A stretch of 64,000 nucleotides of DNA from Octopus sinensis (lineage: Eukaryota): NCBI RefSeq assembly GCF_006345805.1, contig NC_043000.1, positions 124,558,001-124,622,000 of the forward strand. Reading direction: 5' to 3'. Both the position numbers and the translations under genes were made by a program. The notes under the pieces were generated by a model. That model was not told where the DNA came from, searched no databases, and worked only from the letters and a program-made list of their open reading frames with translations. Below, one piece after another: positions 1 through 13,686 of the stretch; the stretch's first letter is position 1; every line of letters begins with the position of its first letter.

Positions 1-232
1 GGGAGAAGAGAGAAATATATAGAGGGAAGAGAGAGAGAGTGGGGGAAAAAGAGAGAAACAGAGAAAGAGAGAGCAGGTGAGAGAGGGAAAGAGAGAGAGA
101 GAGAGAAAAAGAGAAATAGAGAGAGAGAAAAAGACAGATAGATAAAGAGGGAGAGAGGGGAAGAGAGAGAGAAGAGAAAGAGAGAGAGGAGAGAGAAGGG
201 AAAAGAGAGAAATAGAGAGAGACAGAGAGATG
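1..232. repeat. Degenerate (GA)n polypurine tract
   Basis: Almost purely A/G on the + strand. Confidence 0.95.
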
Positions 233-629
233 TTGGGACTTATAGCTGATTTTATACTGGTTGATTAAAGACTTGTGAAAATATGTTAGTCTTTAGATGT
301 GTACTGTACAAATATGTTACTGTACAGTGTGATTGTAATTAAATTAAACTTTAAATTGATTCCATGTATCCACGAAGGTTGCTATAGAGATCTTGATTTC
401 TGCCAACATCAAAGGACTTATTACTGAGTCATGTCACTGCAGTACCGAAAAGCATTGCAAGATATTTGATGTGGGGAACAAACTTAGATTTCATGAGTTT
501 TCGGTAAAAGCATATTTTTAATTCTCTTGTATTAATAATCTAACAGTTAAACACACTGACATGCACATCTTCACCCCGCCTCTCTTTCTCTCTCTCTCCC
601 TCTTTCACACACACACATGTACATACACA

Positions 630-668
<39 letters not shown>

Positions 669-807
669 ACAGACACACACATGTATAAATACGTTTGCGT
701 GCACACACACACACGTACACGTATAAACGTGCATGCACGCATATACACGCAGACATATGCATCCGTAAACTTTATGTACTATCATAGTGGAAATAGACAT
801 TAAAAAA

Positions 808-1229
808 CGATGGTGGTGGTGAATATGATGATGATGATGATGATGATGATGCTGATACTGGTGGTGGTGGTTGTGGTGGTGGTCATGGTAGTGGTGATGA
901 TGATGATGATAATGTCGATGCTGCTGCTGATAGTGGTGATGACGACAAAGCTACTGTTGCTGCTGATGATTATGATGATGATGATACTGGTGTTGGGAGT
1001 GGTGATGATACTGATGATGATGGTGATGGTGATGGTGATAGTGGTGGTGGTGGTGGTGAAGATGATAGAGATGGAGGTGGTGGTGATGGTGGTGGTGATG
1101 AAAGTAGTGGTGGTGGTGCCGGTGGTGCCGGTGATGGTGGTGGTGGGGATGGTGATGAAAGTGGTGATGGTGATGAAGGTGGTGGTTGCAGTGGTGATGA
1201 TGTTGATGATGATGATGGTGTTGATGATG

Positions 1230-1261
<32 letters not shown>

Positions 1262-1424
1262 GATAATGTTGACGGTGATGGTGGTTGTGGCAGTGATAAT
1301 GTTGATGATGATCAGGATGATGATCAAGATGATGGTGATGGTGGTGGCGGAGGCGGCAGCGGCAATGATGTCGATGATGATGGTGGTGGTGGTGGTGGTG
1401 GTGGTGGTGGTGGTGATGATGGTA
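808..1424. repeat. Compound (GAT)n/(GGT)n trinucleotide microsatellite
   Basis: Direct reading; source of the poly-M/V, poly-H and poly-I/T ORFs. Confidence 0.95.
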
Positions 1425-1654
1425 TAGAATATAAGGTGCTGAAATTTGTTGCACAGACAGAGCATTCAAATATCAAAACAGCAGATTTTCCACTTTGCAG
1501 TGTCAATAACTGGAATTGGTGGAAAAGCAAACATGGGGGATACATGAATTTACAACTGTTTAAAGAGACTCTTCTGTAGGAGTGTAAGAGGAAACTTTGT
1601 CAATCAGATTTTTAGGAGACAAAGTCTAGGACTTTTGCTTTTGCATTTGAATTT

Positions 1655-1839
1655 GCAGAAGCAGCAGCAGCAGCAGAGTCAGCAGAAGCAGAAGCAGAAG
1701 TAGCAGCAGAAGCAGAAGTAGCAGCAGAAGCAGCAGCAGCACTGTCCTAGATGTTGACGTTACACTAAGGTTCATCACTGATTCTGGTAGGTACATTGTC
1801 ATCATCATCATCATTGTTGTCATCGTCGGCATCGTTGTT

Positions 1840-1871
<32 letters not shown>

Positions 1872-2160
1872 CATCATTGTCGTCGTCGTCATTGTTGTTG
1901 ACATCATCATCATAATCATCATCATCTTCATCATCGGCATCATTTTCTTTGTCATTGTCATCGTCATCATCATCATCATTGTCATCGTCGGCATCGTTGT
2001 TATCATCATCATCACCATCGTCATCATCATCATCATTGTCGTCGTCATTGTTGTTGACATCATCATCATAATCATCATCATAATCATCATCATCTTCATC
2101 ATCTTCATCATTTTCTTTGTCATTGTCGTCATCATCATCATCATCATCACCATCTCCATC
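1655..2160. repeat. (GCA/GAA)n plus (ATC/GTC)n compound microsatellite with an internal ~130-bp duplication
   Basis: The block ...NDKEND...YDDDVNNNDDD...GDDDDNNDADDDN occurs twice in the minus-strand translation. Confidence 0.9.
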
Positions 2161-2169
2161 AATATCGCT

Positions 2170-3300
2170 GGCAACTCTTTTTGGCATTGAACTGATGAGC
2201 TTTGTGATTATCTCTTGTGGAATTTCTGCCTACTTTTCCCGCAGCAATCGAAACAATTCTTCTTTAGATCTAGGTTTCTGTTGAGTTTTTCATATAGCTC
2301 TATGTAGTATGCTACAAAGATTTTCAATGGGGTTCGTGACAGGAGATTGGCTTGGCCAAGGAAGCTTTTTGATCCCATTTTCAGTCAACCATTGTTGATT
2401 CCTTTTTGCTATGTGGCATGGAGCCCCATCTTCCATGAATAAAAGCTCATTTTTCATTATGTTATCATGTAAATACATTGGAAGTAGTCATTGCTTAAGT
2501 ATTTCAATGTATTTTTCAGAGTTTATGGTTCCAACACGTTTGATCAGCTCAGAACGACCATTGCTGGTCACAGCTCCCCATACCATTATAGAGATACTGC
2601 CATGTTTCACAGTTGGTTGGGGTCGTTTCAAATCAAATTCTTGGTTGAGAAACCTCTAGACCCAAACACGTCCACTGTCTGAAAATAATGCAAATCTGGA
2701 TTCATCTGAGAAAATCACTATATTCCAAAATGAACTGGATTTTTCTGATATCTCTTTAGCCCATTTCTTTCTTTTCATGATATTAATTGGTTGAAGGAGA
2801 GGTTTTCTTCTAGCTGCTTGTCCATAATACCCAAGCTTATGCAGATATGTAACACATGCTCTTGGATTAACTTCTAGTTGTTTTGCAATGTCAGAAGCCT
2901 TTGAATGGGGTTTGTTTTCCACAATTCTCTTCAAACAGCAAAGCTTCCTTTACGAAGGCACAGGTTGGCTGGGACGAGAATCTGTTGATTCTTTTCCTTG
3001 GCTTTTGAATTGCACTATAACTCTGTTAACAGTAGCAAGAGGAATTTGAAGATTTTTGTCAATTTTTCGCTGGCTATGACCAACTTCAGATTGTCCAACA
3101 ATATGATGTCTTTGAAAATCTGACAGTTCTGCTGAATTTTTGTGTGTGGCATGGTTACTCTTCACAAATGTTCAATATAATGGCACCTGGAATGAAAAAG
3201 AATAATTACATTATAAATTCTACACCGCTGAAAACATTAAGAGGCTTAGATCAGAAATTTCAAAGACTAAAGGTGTCTATTTACTTCCTTCATATCTGTG
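2170..3300 (-). mobile_element. Tc1-family DNA transposon, decayed DD34E transposase, 3' end lost
   Basis: ORF pieces 2950-3165, 2656-2934, 2290-2478 join into a Tc1 transposase: paired-like HTH, ARRKPLL, VIFSDESRF, MVWG, FMEDGAPCH...WPSQSPVTNPIENL, MPKRV. In-frame stops present. Putative 5' TIR ends at 3300 followed by TA. Confidence 0.93.
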
Positions 3301-4221
3301 TATATTATAAGCGGTAGGTACAGTTATATATATGATTGTACCCCTTGTAGGTGTGCCCTCTGTGTGTGTACATGAGTTTGTGTGTGTGTGTGTGTATGTG
3401 TGTGCATGAGTGTGTGTGTGTGTGTGCATGAGTGTGTGTGTGTGTGTGTGCATGAGTGTGTGTGTGTGTGTGTGAGTGTGTGTGCATGAATGTGTGTGTG
3501 TGTGCATGAGTGTGTGTGTGTGTGTATGTGCGTGTAACAGTGAATTGTCTAATTTGGTGTTCGCTTGCTTTATTTCATATTAATTGTATTTCAGCCAGAG
3601 TCCTTTCGTCACACTTCTGTGACCTCATCAGTGGTCCTTTGCTTTCTTCTTTCTTTTTTGTGTGTCTCTCCTTCCTAATAACCTGCTATTTTGTATTCCT
3701 GTTGTATATGTCTTTATTTGTGCATGCGTATATCCCTGTGTGTGTCTATGCTTAGTAAGTGTGTGTGTGTGGGAATGTGCCTGCATTATCAGTACCCCCT
3801 GTTTTTATTGGCTAAACTGGCAGCATGACCATCCCCAAATACAACAATACCCTGTTTCAACACACGAATTCACATATAAACATATATATATATATATATA
3901 TATGCCCACACACATTTTCATCACTATATTCTCTCTCTCCTCTCTCCCTCTTTCCCTCTTTCTTTTCCAACTGAGGTAGCCATGTATCTTCCCTACAGCA
4001 AAACACCTGTTCCTGTCCTATCATACTTTAACCTCTCACCACCTGGAATAAAGCCACCTCCCTCAATACGGCACTCCATCTCAGTCGAGGGGTTTTGATT
4101 TGTGTGTTTCTTGGTGACTTCACTAGTGCTGGTGTTACATAAATAGAGCACCCAGAACATTCTTTGAAGTACCTGGCATTAGGATGGGCATCCAGCCATA
4201 GGTAGCATGCCAAAGTAGACA

Positions 4222-4612
4222 GGGGTTGCTGTGTGGTGAGTAGTTTGCTTACCAACTACATGGTTCTGGGTTCAGTCCCACTGCGTGGCACCTTGGGCAA
4301 GTGTCTTCTACTATAGCCTCGGCCCGACCAAAGCCTTGTGAGTGGATTTGGTAGACGGAAACTGAAAGAAGCCCGTCGTATATATATATATATGTATGTG
4401 TGTGTATGTGTTTGTGTGTCTGTGTTTGTCTCCTCAACATTGCTTGACAATTGATGCTGGTGTGTTTACATCCCTGTAACTTAGCGGTTCGGCAAAATAG
4501 ACTGATAGAAGAAGTACTAGGCTTACAGAGAATAAGTCTTAGGGTTGATTTGCTCGACTAAAGGTGGTGCTCCAGCATGGCCGCAGTCAAATGACTGAAA
4601 CAAGTGAAAGTG
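4222..4612 (+). mobile_element. tRNA-derived SINE, family A
   Basis: A-box-like GCTGTGTGG, B-box GGTTCAGTCCC, internal (TA)n(TG)n, shared 3' body ending GACTGAAACAAG; many copies in the window. Confidence 0.9.
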
Positions 4613-5057
4613 TATGAGAGAGTGGAGCATAGTACCGTCATCTGGTATATCTGCTCTTGTCAAACCATGTAACATATGTCAACATGAAAAACAGCTGTCA
4701 AATGATGATGATGATGATGATAACGACGACGACGACGATGAAGATGATTACAAGGACGATGATGATGATGGAATGGGAAATCTTGCTGTGCTTTGAACCA
4801 CTAATTTTTCTCTTCACTAATGGGGAATCTCAACTCATTTCCCCTTTGTTCTCCTTGTTGTCTCCCCGTTGTTCTGATACTTGTCACAACTGCATCAATG
4901 CTGGAGACAGAAGACCTGGTTCTATGTGGCCATTCTGGCTCTTCTTTCTTATATTGCCAGCTTAACTTCATGATACAAACCGGGACAAAGAATTGATTTG
5001 GAGCAATTGGTGACCAACTTCTGATCAACATACCAATAAAGCAGTTTTCTCCCTTAA

Positions 5058-5559
5058 ACCTTTAGCATTTACATTGGCCATACCAGGCCCAAAATATTCT
5101 CTGGGAAATTACCACCTGTATCATCTCTTGTGAAAGGTAGAAGAGTCCAGTTTGCTGGACATTGTTGTAGAGCTGAAAATGAGGTAATTACTAGTCTTCT
5201 CCTCTGGAAGCCATCTGCTCACGATACCAGAGGGAGCACACTCTCCTACCCTGATGTAATCTCCAGGGATACAGGCATCCAGCAACAGGACCTTCGTAAT
5301 GCTATGATGGACCATGAAGTCTGGCGTAATATAGTAAATTCCATTGTCTCGACCAAGGTCGAACAATGATGGTGATGATTCTCTGTTTTATGTTCAAACA
5401 AACCAGATCCAGTCTTTCCAATCTACCCTACAATGTCATTCTAAAAATAAAACAGTTACATCAGTGAAATTTTGAAGCTACATGATAACTCATGATTAAT
5501 TCAAAACAATGTGAATAAATAGGGATTACGTTCGACAGAGTTATCTGAATGCTAAAGGG
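5058..5559. mobile_element. piggyBac-type MITE
   Basis: TTAA at 5054-5057 and 5560-5563 flanking inverted ends (A/C)CCTTTAGCATT...AATGCTAAAGGG. Confidence 0.75.
5110..5380 (+). mobile_element. 5'-truncated RTE-like LINE 3' end nested in the MITE
   Basis: ORF 5130-5369 RRVQFAGHC.R...LLLWKP...SYPDVISRDTG...DLRNAMMDHEVWR is typical of LINE ORF2 C-termini; followed by a GAT-like tail. Confidence 0.8.
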
Positions 5560-6010
5560 TTAACGCAGCTGACCCAGAATAACAGTCTCTACCACTTCCA
5601 CATTAGAGAATGACTACTTCAATAATCATAGCTATAACACAGTGACAGGAAGCCAGCTGCGGTCATGGTTTCTATTAAACTGACCATCCAGCCAACCAGC
5701 CTATGTCGACAGTTTGCTATTATTGACCAAGCACTTTAAACTGTCACTGCTACTTGTCGTACACATGCATCCATGTTTATTCTCATTCGTATTACTTAAT
5801 ATATTAGTATTACTTCAATCAGGAGTGATTCATGATTAAATCTTTGTAATAATAATGAATATATATTTCCATGTCTATAGAAAACTCTTCTCTTATTTCT
5901 TTTCTTATTCACAGCATGGCAACTCTGTATATTTACATATCCTACATATGTACATTGCTTAAGACCCACCTCTCTCCCTCTCTCACTACATACATATATA
6001 TATATATATA

Positions 6011-6330
6011 TATGTGGAGGCACAATGGCCCAGTGGTTAGGGCAGCAGACTTGCGGTCGGAGGATTGCAGTTTCGATTCCCAGACTGGATGTTGTGTGTG
6101 TTTATCGAGCAAAAACACCTAAAAGCTCCACGAGGCTCTAGCAGGGGGTGGTGGCGACCCCTGTTGTACTCTTTCGCCCCAACTTTTTTTCACTCTTTCT
6201 TCTTGTTTCTTGAGTAACGCTGCAATGGACTGGCATCCCATCCAGCTGGGGGGAACACATACATCATAGAAACCTGGAAACCGGGCCCATGAGCCTGGTT
6301 AGGCTTGAAAAGGGCGCATAAATAAAATAA
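6011..6330 (+). mobile_element. tRNA-derived SINE, family D
   Basis: TGGCCCAGTGGTTAG...GTTTCGATTCCC head; same body at 22885(-), 25548(+), 39686(+), 43375(-). Confidence 0.85.
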
Positions 6331-8387
6331 AATAATATATATATGTTTATATCTTTTACTTTTTTTTTTACTTGTTTCAGTCATGAAGTTGTGGCTATGA
6401 TGAGGCACCACCTTGACTATATGGTTAACAAGCTTGCATCCCAACCACTTGGTTTCAGGTTCAGTCCCACTGTATGGAACCATAGTCTTCTACTATAACC
6501 TCTGGGTAAGCAAGGCCTTGTGAGTGGAAACTGCAAGAAGCCTGTTATATATATATAGAATCATTTGTAGAAATACATATATCCGGAGGAGAAGCAGTGC
6601 ATAAGATGTAGAGCAGTAAATATTATAGTGGAGTAGGCTGGTTTATGGGGTTACCCTGGGTTTCTCACTCATAAGGAGTTTAGCTGTACGGCATATCTTC
6701 AAACCCCAAACACTGCTGGCCTGAGACCTCTTTAAAATACGGAGGGGGAAAAGCCTCATTTTAAAGGAGATTATCTCCCTTTGATATTGTCCTTTCAGGG
6801 TTGATAAATTAAGTACCTGTTGTGTACAGGCCTTGTGCCTAGAGTAGAAAAGAATATTGAAGGAGGTGGATTTGTACCAGGTGACGAGAAATTAGAGCAT
6901 TAATAGAGGGACAGAAATAGGTATCTTGTAGTAGAGGAGATACATGGCTACCTCAGTTGGAGAAAGAATGGAAAGAGAGAGAGAGAGAGAGATGGGGAGA
7001 GAAAGAGAGAGAGAGAGAGATGGGGAGAGAGAGAAGAGAAGAAAAAGAGAAAGAATATGATGGTAAAAATGTGATAGGGTTTACATCCAAGTTATTCAGA
7101 GGTGTATATAGTGAAGTGGGCCAGAGACTGGACAGGGTGAGTGGGTGGGTAAATTTGAGTGATTGTGAAAGGAGATTAGGAGATGAATGGGAGAAGGAAT
7201 CAATATGGCAATTGGGCATAGGTACTGGGGAAGTGTTTGAAGGATATGTTATTTACTGTATCTATGTGTGTGTGTGCCATTCCCACTGTGGCTGTTGTTT
7301 GGGGTCACTTTCAGTGCTGTCAGTACCAAAGAATCTGCCAATCTCATATCAGTCTTGTGAGCCATGCCTGCTCTTATGGGACACAATATGCCGGAGGCAG
7401 AGGGGGACGACTGTCTTGGCTGTCATCACTTTTGATGGGCCGTCATAAACAATAAACAATTATGTATGTATACAGATACTTCATGACTTGCAACTGGCTT
7501 TGATTCAGATCAACATGTCATAAATTGATATAGATGTTAACTTGAAGTCTTATATATATATTCCCCTGTATGTATTAAGCCCTTTTTTCATTTTATCTGA
7601 AGGGGAACAACATTTTATATTCATTGGCAATGAATCATTGCTATTATGTTCTCCATTTTGTATAACATTTTTTCATATTCTTTATACATTATTACTTGCA
7701 GCTATCAATATATTTTACCTTATCCTTTCTTTAATTTGTAGATTGTACAATATTGAAATGACTGAACTCTCCATTACTCGCTTGAAAGATTTCCTTGTAG
7801 TCATCCTCTAGCCATTCTTTCAAACTCCAACCATTCTTGTAGTCATGGGTACACATATTTTTTTTTTAATCTCTGGCTTTCTCCTCAGAGCATTAGAATT
7901 TTCTCAAATTTGTAGTCAGGTATTTGTTGCTTCTTCATTATTTTCTGTCATGCTGCATAGTGGTGGCACTTTTTACTATATCCAAAATTTGTTCTATGTT
8001 CTTATGAGTAACAGAGCTGCTGTTGAATGGGGTAGCTGTAAATCATGTGATAGCATTTACTCACACACACACGCATTTATTTATGAAGAGGGGTATGTGT
8101 GTGGTATGTGTGCGGTATGTGTTTTCATAATTTTTTAATTAAAATCTTCCACCAAACCTTAGTCACAATTTATGTTCCTAACACTAGCTTAATGATAACT
8201 AAGTTATCTTACTAAATTCTTTGTTATATTTAAAGTAATTGAAAGAAACACAGAGCATCTCAAAATAAAATACAGTAACGAAAGGGTTAAACCAGTGGTA
8301 CTCAACTATTTTTTACCTATGGACCCTTATGATTCCTATTTTATTCAGATGAACCCAAATAACCATTTGAAGTTTAAAAAATCCTGT

Positions 8388-8565
8388 CATAGGTGCAGGA
8401 GTGGCTGTATTGTAAGTAGCTTGCTTACCAACCACATGGTTCTGGGTTCAGTCCCACTGCGTGGCACCTTGGGCAAGTGTCTTCTACTATAGCCGCGGGC
8501 CAACCAGGCCTTGTGAGTGGATTTGGTAGACAGAAACTGAAAGAAGCCCGTTGCATATATGTATG

Positions 8566-8600
<35 letters not shown>

Positions 8601-9312
8601 TTGTCCCTCCAACATTGCTTGACAACCGATGATGGTGTGTTTACGTCCCCGTAACTTAGCAGTTCGGAAAAAGAGACCGATAGTATAAGTACAAGGCTTA
8701 CAAAGAATAGTCCTGGGGTCGATTTGCTTGACTAAAGGTGGTGCTCCAGCATGGCCACAGTCAAATGACTGAAACAAGTAAAAGAGTAAAGAGTGTATTT
8801 TTAGGATTAAATATTATTAAAGATTGTATTAAAAAATTCTTGAAATATTTTGTGTATTTCAGAAGTATGACCAATTTATTGCTCATAGGTATGGGCATGG
8901 CTGTGTGGTAAGATGCTTGCTTCCCAATCATATGGTTCCGGGTTCACTTGGGCAAGTGTCTAGTACTATAGCCTTGGGCCAATCAAAGCCTTGTGAGTGG
9001 ATTTGGTAGATGGAAACTGAAAAAAGCCCCTCAAATATATTCATACATATATATCAATGCGTGTGTGTATGTATGTGTGTGTGTGAGTGTCTGTCTTTGT
9101 TCCCCTACCACCGTTTGACATCCAGTGTAGGTGTGCTTGCATCCCTGTAACTTAGTGGTTCAACAAAAGAGACTGATAGCATAAGTACCATGCTTAACAA
9201 ACAAAAAAGTACTGGGGTCGATTCCTTTAGCTAAAAGATTATTAAAGACAGTGCTCCAGTATGACCAGAGTCTAATGACTGAAATAAGCAAAAGATAAAA
9301 GATAAAAGAAAA
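8388..9312 (+). mobile_element. Two tandem family A SINEs (8388-8795, 8883-9312)
   Basis: Similarity to the 4222 and 26947 copies. Confidence 0.88.
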
Positions 9313-10588
9313 AAGAAAAACTTGAACAACAAAATCTTATGTGGACCCCTAAAGGTCATGTGGACTCTGACTGAGATCCACCAGTTTAAACAATTCTTGA
9401 GGGTTATGATTGTTCTCAGCTAAGAGGAAATAGTTTATTTAAAGGAAGCCAGTGTTAACCCTTTTGTTACCATGTTTTTCTTGAAATATGCTTGTTTTTG
9501 CTTCAGTTTATTTTGGAAACAATGAGGAATTTAGTAAAATAACTTTGTCATCCTAAAGCTGATTTTTGGAACATAAATTAACGCAGAATCTTGATGGAAG
9601 GTCTTAATTTAGATCTCGTTAAAACAGGAAGTTTGAATCATAGAAGAATTAAGGGTGGTTTCGTGCAAGCTGGTATCAAAAATATTAAACCAGAAATAAG
9701 TTGAACTATGCTGGCGATGTCAGCGGGTGGGGGTGAGGATGATGATGATGGCAGTCACAAAGGTGGTGAATTTGGCGGTGGTGGTGATGATGATGATGAT
9801 GATTATGATGATGACCTTTTGTTATTTTTCAGGACAATAGTTTGTGGTCTGAGAGAGAATAAGCTGCTTTTTCTAGTAGATTGAATGACCTCGTAGAAGT
9901 TGTGCTTCCAATTAATTTCTTTCAATACCAAAATTCTTTCTGTGAGCATATGAAAGATTTCAGTTAGTTAGCATCTAAATTAAGAAAATTTATTGAAAAG
10001 AAGAAAAATTAATTTCGAAATGAGAAAAATTATTAAATATTTCTAATTTTTCTACTTTATTTAAAATTTAAATTTACATTTGTATTTCCTCTTGCACAGA
10101 TAAATTTACACCCCACCACACACACACATACAGACATACACAGACATGCAATGCACACATGTATACATACATACATACACACAAACATATGTAGCTTAGC
10201 TACATACATACATACATACATACATACATACATACATACATGCAGGCATACACACAAACATACATGCATACACACAAACATACATACACATACACACACA
10301 ATACACATTCACTCTGTCAGGGTGAGAGAAAGAGACAGGGAGAGAGAGAGAGAGAGTGAGAGAGAGAGTGGGAGAGAGAGAGAAAGAGAATGACAGAAAA
10401 AGAGAGTGAGAGAGAATGACAGAGTGGGAGAGAGAGTGAGAGGGAGGAAAAGTGTACCCTCTATATACCATCATACGAGGTTGTGCATGTATATATGAGG
10501 GGTGTTGTGTGTGCTTGTGTGTATGTGTGTGTGTGGTTAAGTGTGTATGTCTGTATATTCTTTATCACTCTGTTCATGTGGATGTATA

Positions 10589-10624
<36 letters not shown>

Positions 10625-10877
10625 TGTATGTATGTATGTATGTATGTATGTATGTATGTTTGTATGTATGTATGTATGTTTGTATGTATGTATGTATATA
10701 TATATTAATATATACACTCATATGTATTCTGGTTGTCCATTTATCTAATGTTCTTCCTAGAGGTAAGACAAAATTTTTTTATGTTTGCTGCCCTCACATG
10801 TCCTTGCCAGTATATACACAATGAAGCTTTACTATATCGTCGTAAATGTATCAACTTCTATTTCCACGGTGACTGCA

Positions 10878-10920
10878 GTATGCTGAAGACAGGCAAATAC
10901 CTAGAAACTGCAGTCTGTGC
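10878..10920 (+). ncRNA. Decayed minimal type-I hammerhead ribozyme (Penelope-like element associated)
   Basis: gtatg-CTGAAGA-cAGGcaaataCCTa-GAAAC-TGCA-GTC-tgtgc: both core boxes, GUC triplet, palindromic ACTGCAGT helix III; helix I pairs with G-U wobbles. Confidence 0.6.
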
Positions 10921-11177
10921 GTGTCACTTAGGTTTACGAGAGAGGGATGACCTCCCTTTGCAAATACCATAAGTGCACAGAAAGTGTGCCTAAAGCCAGC
11001 TGGAGACGATGATCTCCTGGGGCTAAAAGCTACAGTAACACCCACCCTTAGTGGTTAGCCATATTGAGATGGTTAGTATACTTTACAGTGGTACTTTGTT
11101 GTACCACTACTCTATAATTATATACATATATATATATTTATACATATATACATATACACACACACACACATATATGC

Positions 11178-11635
11178 TTAGGTACAGGAGTGGCTGTGTG
11201 GTAAGAAGCTTGCTTTCTAACCACAGTTCTGGGATCTGTTCTACTGTGTGTCACCTTGGGCTAGTGTCTTCTACTATAACCTCAGGCCAACCAAAGCGTT
11301 GTGAGTGGATTTGGTAGATGGAAACTGAAAGAAGGCTGTTGTATATATACACATATATATATATACACACATATATATATATATGTATATATATGTATAT
11401 GTATGGTATGTATGTATATGTTTGTGTGTCTGCATTTGTCCTTTAACCATCGCTTGACAACCGATGTTGGTGTGTTTATGTCCACGTAACTTAGCAGTTC
11501 AGTGAAAGAGACCAGCAGAATAAGTACTAAGTTTACAAAGAATAAGTTTTGGGTTCATTTTGCTCGACTAAAGGCAGTGCTCCAGCATGGCCACAGTGAA
11601 ATGACTAATGCAAATAAAAGAATATAAGAATAGAA
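11178..11635 (+). mobile_element. Family A SINE
   Basis: Similarity to other copies. Confidence 0.88.
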
Positions 11636-11640
11636 GAATA

Positions 11641-11687
<47 letters not shown>

Positions 11688-11789
11688 TTATGTGTGTGTG
11701 TTTGCACTTAAAACAGTTCAGAAATTCACCATGATGACACTGGAAAATTATAGGTTGGTTTTTCAATAACCAGACTTTGAGTACCTAAT

Positions 11790-11990
11790 CTCTAATTTAT
11801 ATCAAATCTATCCAATTCACCTCTCCTTCTTGTTCATTGTTGTCTTCTGTTTCCATAGTGAATTGCAGTCTTTTCGATTCTTGTCTTTCAGCATCTTCAT
11901 CCTTTCAACATGTTCAGCCCAGCTTCATTTCAATGATTTTATTGCCCACGATCCAAGTGTCAAATGAATGAAACTATGGTCTGAGGATGC
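11790..11990 (-). mobile_element. Old RTE-like LINE 3' coding fragment
   Basis: Translation with stops LK*SWAEHVERM...WK...resembles the LKWxWAGHVxRM motif. Confidence 0.55.
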
Positions 11991-12667
11991 AATCCTTCAT
12001 ACATTACACACAAATGCGCACGCACATCCAAACACCCACCCACCCACACACACAATTGTGTAAAAATCTATAAGTCAGAAAAATATGCACTTGTATATTT
12101 GTCACAAGAGTAAGTATATTAATGAAAGTATAAAGTATTATTGATCTATTCCAGCTGATCTTACCAATTGGTTTTGGTAAGATCTACCAGAATATATGTA
12201 TATATACACACACACACACACACACCCCCACACACACACACACCCACACACACACACATATATATATATATACATACACACACACATATATTGAAGAGCT
12301 TTATTGGAGAGATTTTTTTCCCCAATTGGTGATTGTAGTAAAAAAAAAAAAATTAAAACGAAGGAAATGCCCAAAATATATATATTTTTTGTGAGATAAA
12401 ATATTCACGTAGTCAACTGGTTTCGCTTTTGCTAATGATGGCAAAGAAATTAGTGAAAATATTACAATTTCCTGGTATAATAAGAAATTTTTAGTCCATA
12501 TTAGTAGCAGGAAAGTTCTTTCTAATTTCTTAACTAATTTCTTAGTCATGATTAGCAAAAGCAAAACTGGTTGGCTGTGTAAATATTTTATCTCATATAT
12601 ATATATATATATATATATATTCTGTGCATTTTCTTTCTTGATATATATATATATTTTTTGGTGGGGT

Positions 12668-13686
12668 TTTAGCAATAATTTTCCACTCTATCTGGGGGTT
12701 GCTTATCCTACCTTCTTTCAGTGTCCATATTATATTTGATAGGGATGTCATGTGTTTTCTGTTTTTGTCTCTGAATGATCAAGGTATTGCATATACCTTT
12801 CCTTGAACAAGTTTCTCATCATTCCAATATATGTCATTGGTATTTTGTTTGGGGTCTGTGACCTTGTCCTTGTATATGAATTCTTTCTCAAGACAGTTGT
12901 TGTTTAGAGGGCAGTGGTTTGGGGATCTGAAGTTGTCTTTCTGGAGAGTTTCTGGTGTGTTTATGTTTATTGTGATTAAGTATTATTGACTCTATATTGG
13001 GGAGACAACTATAGTATTTCTGTTGAAGATTTTGTGGTATTTGTGTGAATGTGGAAAGTGGTTGTCTATTAGTTTTAAAAATTTCTTAGCTACATTCATG
13101 CTATAAAGTGGATTGAACCATAGGATTTTTCTCTGTTTGTATGTTCTTGGTCTATTTGTGCTTGGTTCAATGTATTGTATGCTATTCTTGAAGTAGGACC
13201 TTTCTAATGCAGCATTATAATATGGGGTGGCTTTTTCAAAAGTGTCTCTGTCGACAGATAAATTGGAAACTCGATTGCTAATATTGTTAACTATTTGTTT
13301 AATTACTGCTGGTGGGTTGTTGGAACTTATGCCTATGTATGAGGCTTCTTCGTTTTCTTTGTGGTAGGGATTAAATTTTCCTGTGTTATGATTCATGTTA
13401 ATGTCTAGGAAGTCGACTTCTTTAAGGTTTGTAGTAATTGTACTTCTTAGGCTTAGTTGGCTAAATATTTTACATAATTTTTTCCTTATTCTATCCATAT
13501 CATGTCCATTTTTATTATCTACTACTCCTAGGCTATTGTCCCTGTATAAATCTGTGTTAGCTTTTTTATTTCTTTTCTAAGGACATCTAATATATAAAGG
13601 CCTACGAGGCCAGCTATCTCTACCTTGCCATAGCTCCCCATTGCTACATCAAATAATTCGTCTCCATTCCTTTTTACCCAATAAGA
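12668..13686 (-). mobile_element. Penelope-like retroelement fragment (RT C-half + GIY-YIG), left arm
   Basis: WVKRNGDELFDVAMGSY...LVGLYIL...LYRDNSL (YRDD-like), VDFLDI, YHKENE...SNNPPAVIK, KILWFNP, FNRNT; frameshifted GIY-YIG region. Confidence 0.92.

Noticed and set aside
378-503. Plus-strand 42-codon open frame with AG/GT borders
   Set aside because: Weak AAG acceptor, no phase-linked partners found, and a length reachable by chance
799-1579. Plus-strand Asp/Gly-rich open frame ending in ~50 unique residues
   Set aside because: No ATG or acceptor; the openness comes from the GAT/GGT repeat
4801-5031. 76-aa minus-strand ORF
   Set aside because: No recognisable motif or convincing splice sites; it lies between a retroposon-like segment and a MITE
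6011-6085. tRNA genes at SINE heads (also 25548, 39686, 56355)
   Set aside because: A/B boxes are present but there is no complete cloverleaf and each continues into a shared SINE body
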